From: Chloroflexota bacterium
GTDB taxonomy: Bacteria; Chloroflexota; UBA5177; JAJPKF01
Direction of reading: 5' to 3'
Assembly: GCA_035653255.1 (NCBI GenBank)
Contig: DASRCF010000086.1
Location: forward strand, 1-46,364
DNA: 46,364 nt
Shown here piece by piece: positions 45,302-46,364 of this stretch. Within the stretch, counting starts at the first letter, position 1. Each line of letters begins with the position of its first letter. The translations under genes were made by a program, and so were the position numbers. Under the pieces are notes generated by a model. The model saw nothing but the letters and a program-made list of their open reading frames with translations. It did no database searches and was not told where the DNA came from.

Positions 45302-45447
45302 TGCTCCTCACCATCGCTCTCCAAGACATCTTGGAGTTGGCGGTTGAAGACTTGAGACGTCAGCGGCATCGAAATCTGGGGCTGCGCCGGAAAATCTCAG
45401 CGACCGGCGGACTGAAAGTATCGTATCACGGAGTGCTAAACCACATG

Positions 45448-46359
45448 CTACAGTTCTGTTCGCACTCTCGAACGGCGGTCCTGTACCAGGTTTCCGCTGT
45501 GCAGGATTCCTCGCATGGCGCGATCCCGCCAAGCGGCGGTCGAGTCATAGAGGTCTTGCTCCGTATCGACCTCCGATATCAGCATCCCCGTCATGTGCCG
45601 CCTGAGTCTCCCGGTAATCACCCCATCAGGTCGAACGAAGAAGCTGGGCCAACAGCTCTCTCTGGCAGAGCTGTTTGGACAGCTGATCCAGAGGTGGTTG
45701 GCGGCCGCCGCAGCCTTCATGGTTGCCGGCATCGTGATCTCGGGTAGGCTGGCCCCAGCTCCGAAGCCGCGGCTCGAGCCGACGTAGGCGCGGCCGGCCT
45801 CCGCGCTCTCAGGCGAAACGTGGGCCGCGTGGAACGAGTGAAACACGAGCTGAACACCCAGCTGCTTGTACTGGCGGTACAGCTCCGGGTATCGGTATTC
45901 GTGGCAGACCAAGGTTCCGCAACGAATGCCCTCAATTGAGAAGACAGAGGTGTGGTCACCCGGACTGTACTGGGCCAGCTCCCCGCTGTTCTCATCTGCA
46001 CCGGCACAGAACCGCTTATCGTAGCGATCGATGATGGCGCCCCGGGGATCGACGATAAAGAGGCTGTTGTGCGGCCTATGCGAGCCGGACAGCCGGTGGG
46101 TCGAGCCAAAGATGACCCAGATGCCCAACTGGGACGCAGCCTCCAGCACTCGGTTTGAGGCACTACTGAGGAGATCCCAGTCGATGGCGGCCGTCGATTC
46201 GATGTCCGCCGTGGCATAGCCGGAGAGGCTGCACTCACAAAAGTGTGCCACTGTCGCCCCTCGTGCCTTCGCCGTCCGCATCAGGCGGAGCGTGTGGTCG
46301 CAGTTCCGGCCGATGTCGGCGTCCACGGGAAACTGACAGGTGGCCACGGTAAGCTTCAT
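45448..46359 (-). CDS. carbon-nitrogen hydrolase (nitrilase superfamily)
   Basis: MKLTVATCQF. Glu in FCECSLSGY, Lys in YDKRF, Cys in GTLVCHEYRYPE (E-K-C triad). Confidence 0.85.
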   Translation of the reverse strand: MKLTVATCQFPVDADIGRNCDHTLRLMRTAKARGATVAHFCECSLSGYATADIESTAAIDWDLLSSASNRVLEAASQLGIWVIFGSTHRLSGSHRPHNSLFIVDPRGAIIDRYDKRFCAGADENSGELAQYSPGDHTSVFSIEGIRCGTLVCHEYRYPELYRQYKQLGVQLVFHSFHAAHVSPESAEAGRAYVGSSRGFGAGASLPEITMPATMKAAAAANHLWISCPNSSARESCWPSFFVRPDGVITGRLRRHMTGMLISEVDTEQDLYDSTAAWRDRAMRGILHSGNLVQDRRSRVRTEL

Positions 46360-46364
46360 CGAGA

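Overview
High-GC bacterial chromosomal window, densely coding, with about 45 supportable CDS, mostly on the minus strand. By eye I found no rRNA, tRNA, CRISPR array, transposase or integrase. A mycothiol-type class III alcohol dehydrogenase and a PspA/PspAA pair suggest an Actinomycetota-like (possibly Chloroflexota-like) lineage; this is inference only. Gene content: central and amino-acid metabolism (transketolase, hutU, hutI, M32 carboxypeptidase, trpS, ubiE/menG); a heavy load of envelope and glycan genes (GT2 plus a large GT-C, GT4, a second GT-C, rfbB/rfbD, GH18, several secreted proteins); stress modules (pspA-pspAA, hsp20, an OsmC-like gene, an MBL-rhodanese fusion). The window looks like ordinary core genome rather than an island, and I see no recognisable defence or mobile system. 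Main observations: (1) an OsmC-family gene whose conserved C-terminal Cys codon is an in-frame TGA, followed by a SECIS-compatible hairpin and 22 more family-like codons, so it is either a candidate selenoprotein or a nonsense pseudogene; (2) a roughly 400-bp intergenic cluster built from a hairpin motif in two direct and two inverted copies, with a 110-bp tandem duplication; (3) a single-domain response regulator with Glu at the phospho-acceptor position, directly upstream of a large VWA protein whose conserved N-terminus precedes any canonical start codon; (4) a 6TM channel with a TVGSN filter; (5) a PDZ-radical SAM (DUF512-type) gene followed by an independently promoted small CxxC...CxxH ORF; (6) a perfect heptanucleotide microsatellite upstream of rfbB. 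All family calls come from motif recognition by eye and need database confirmation.
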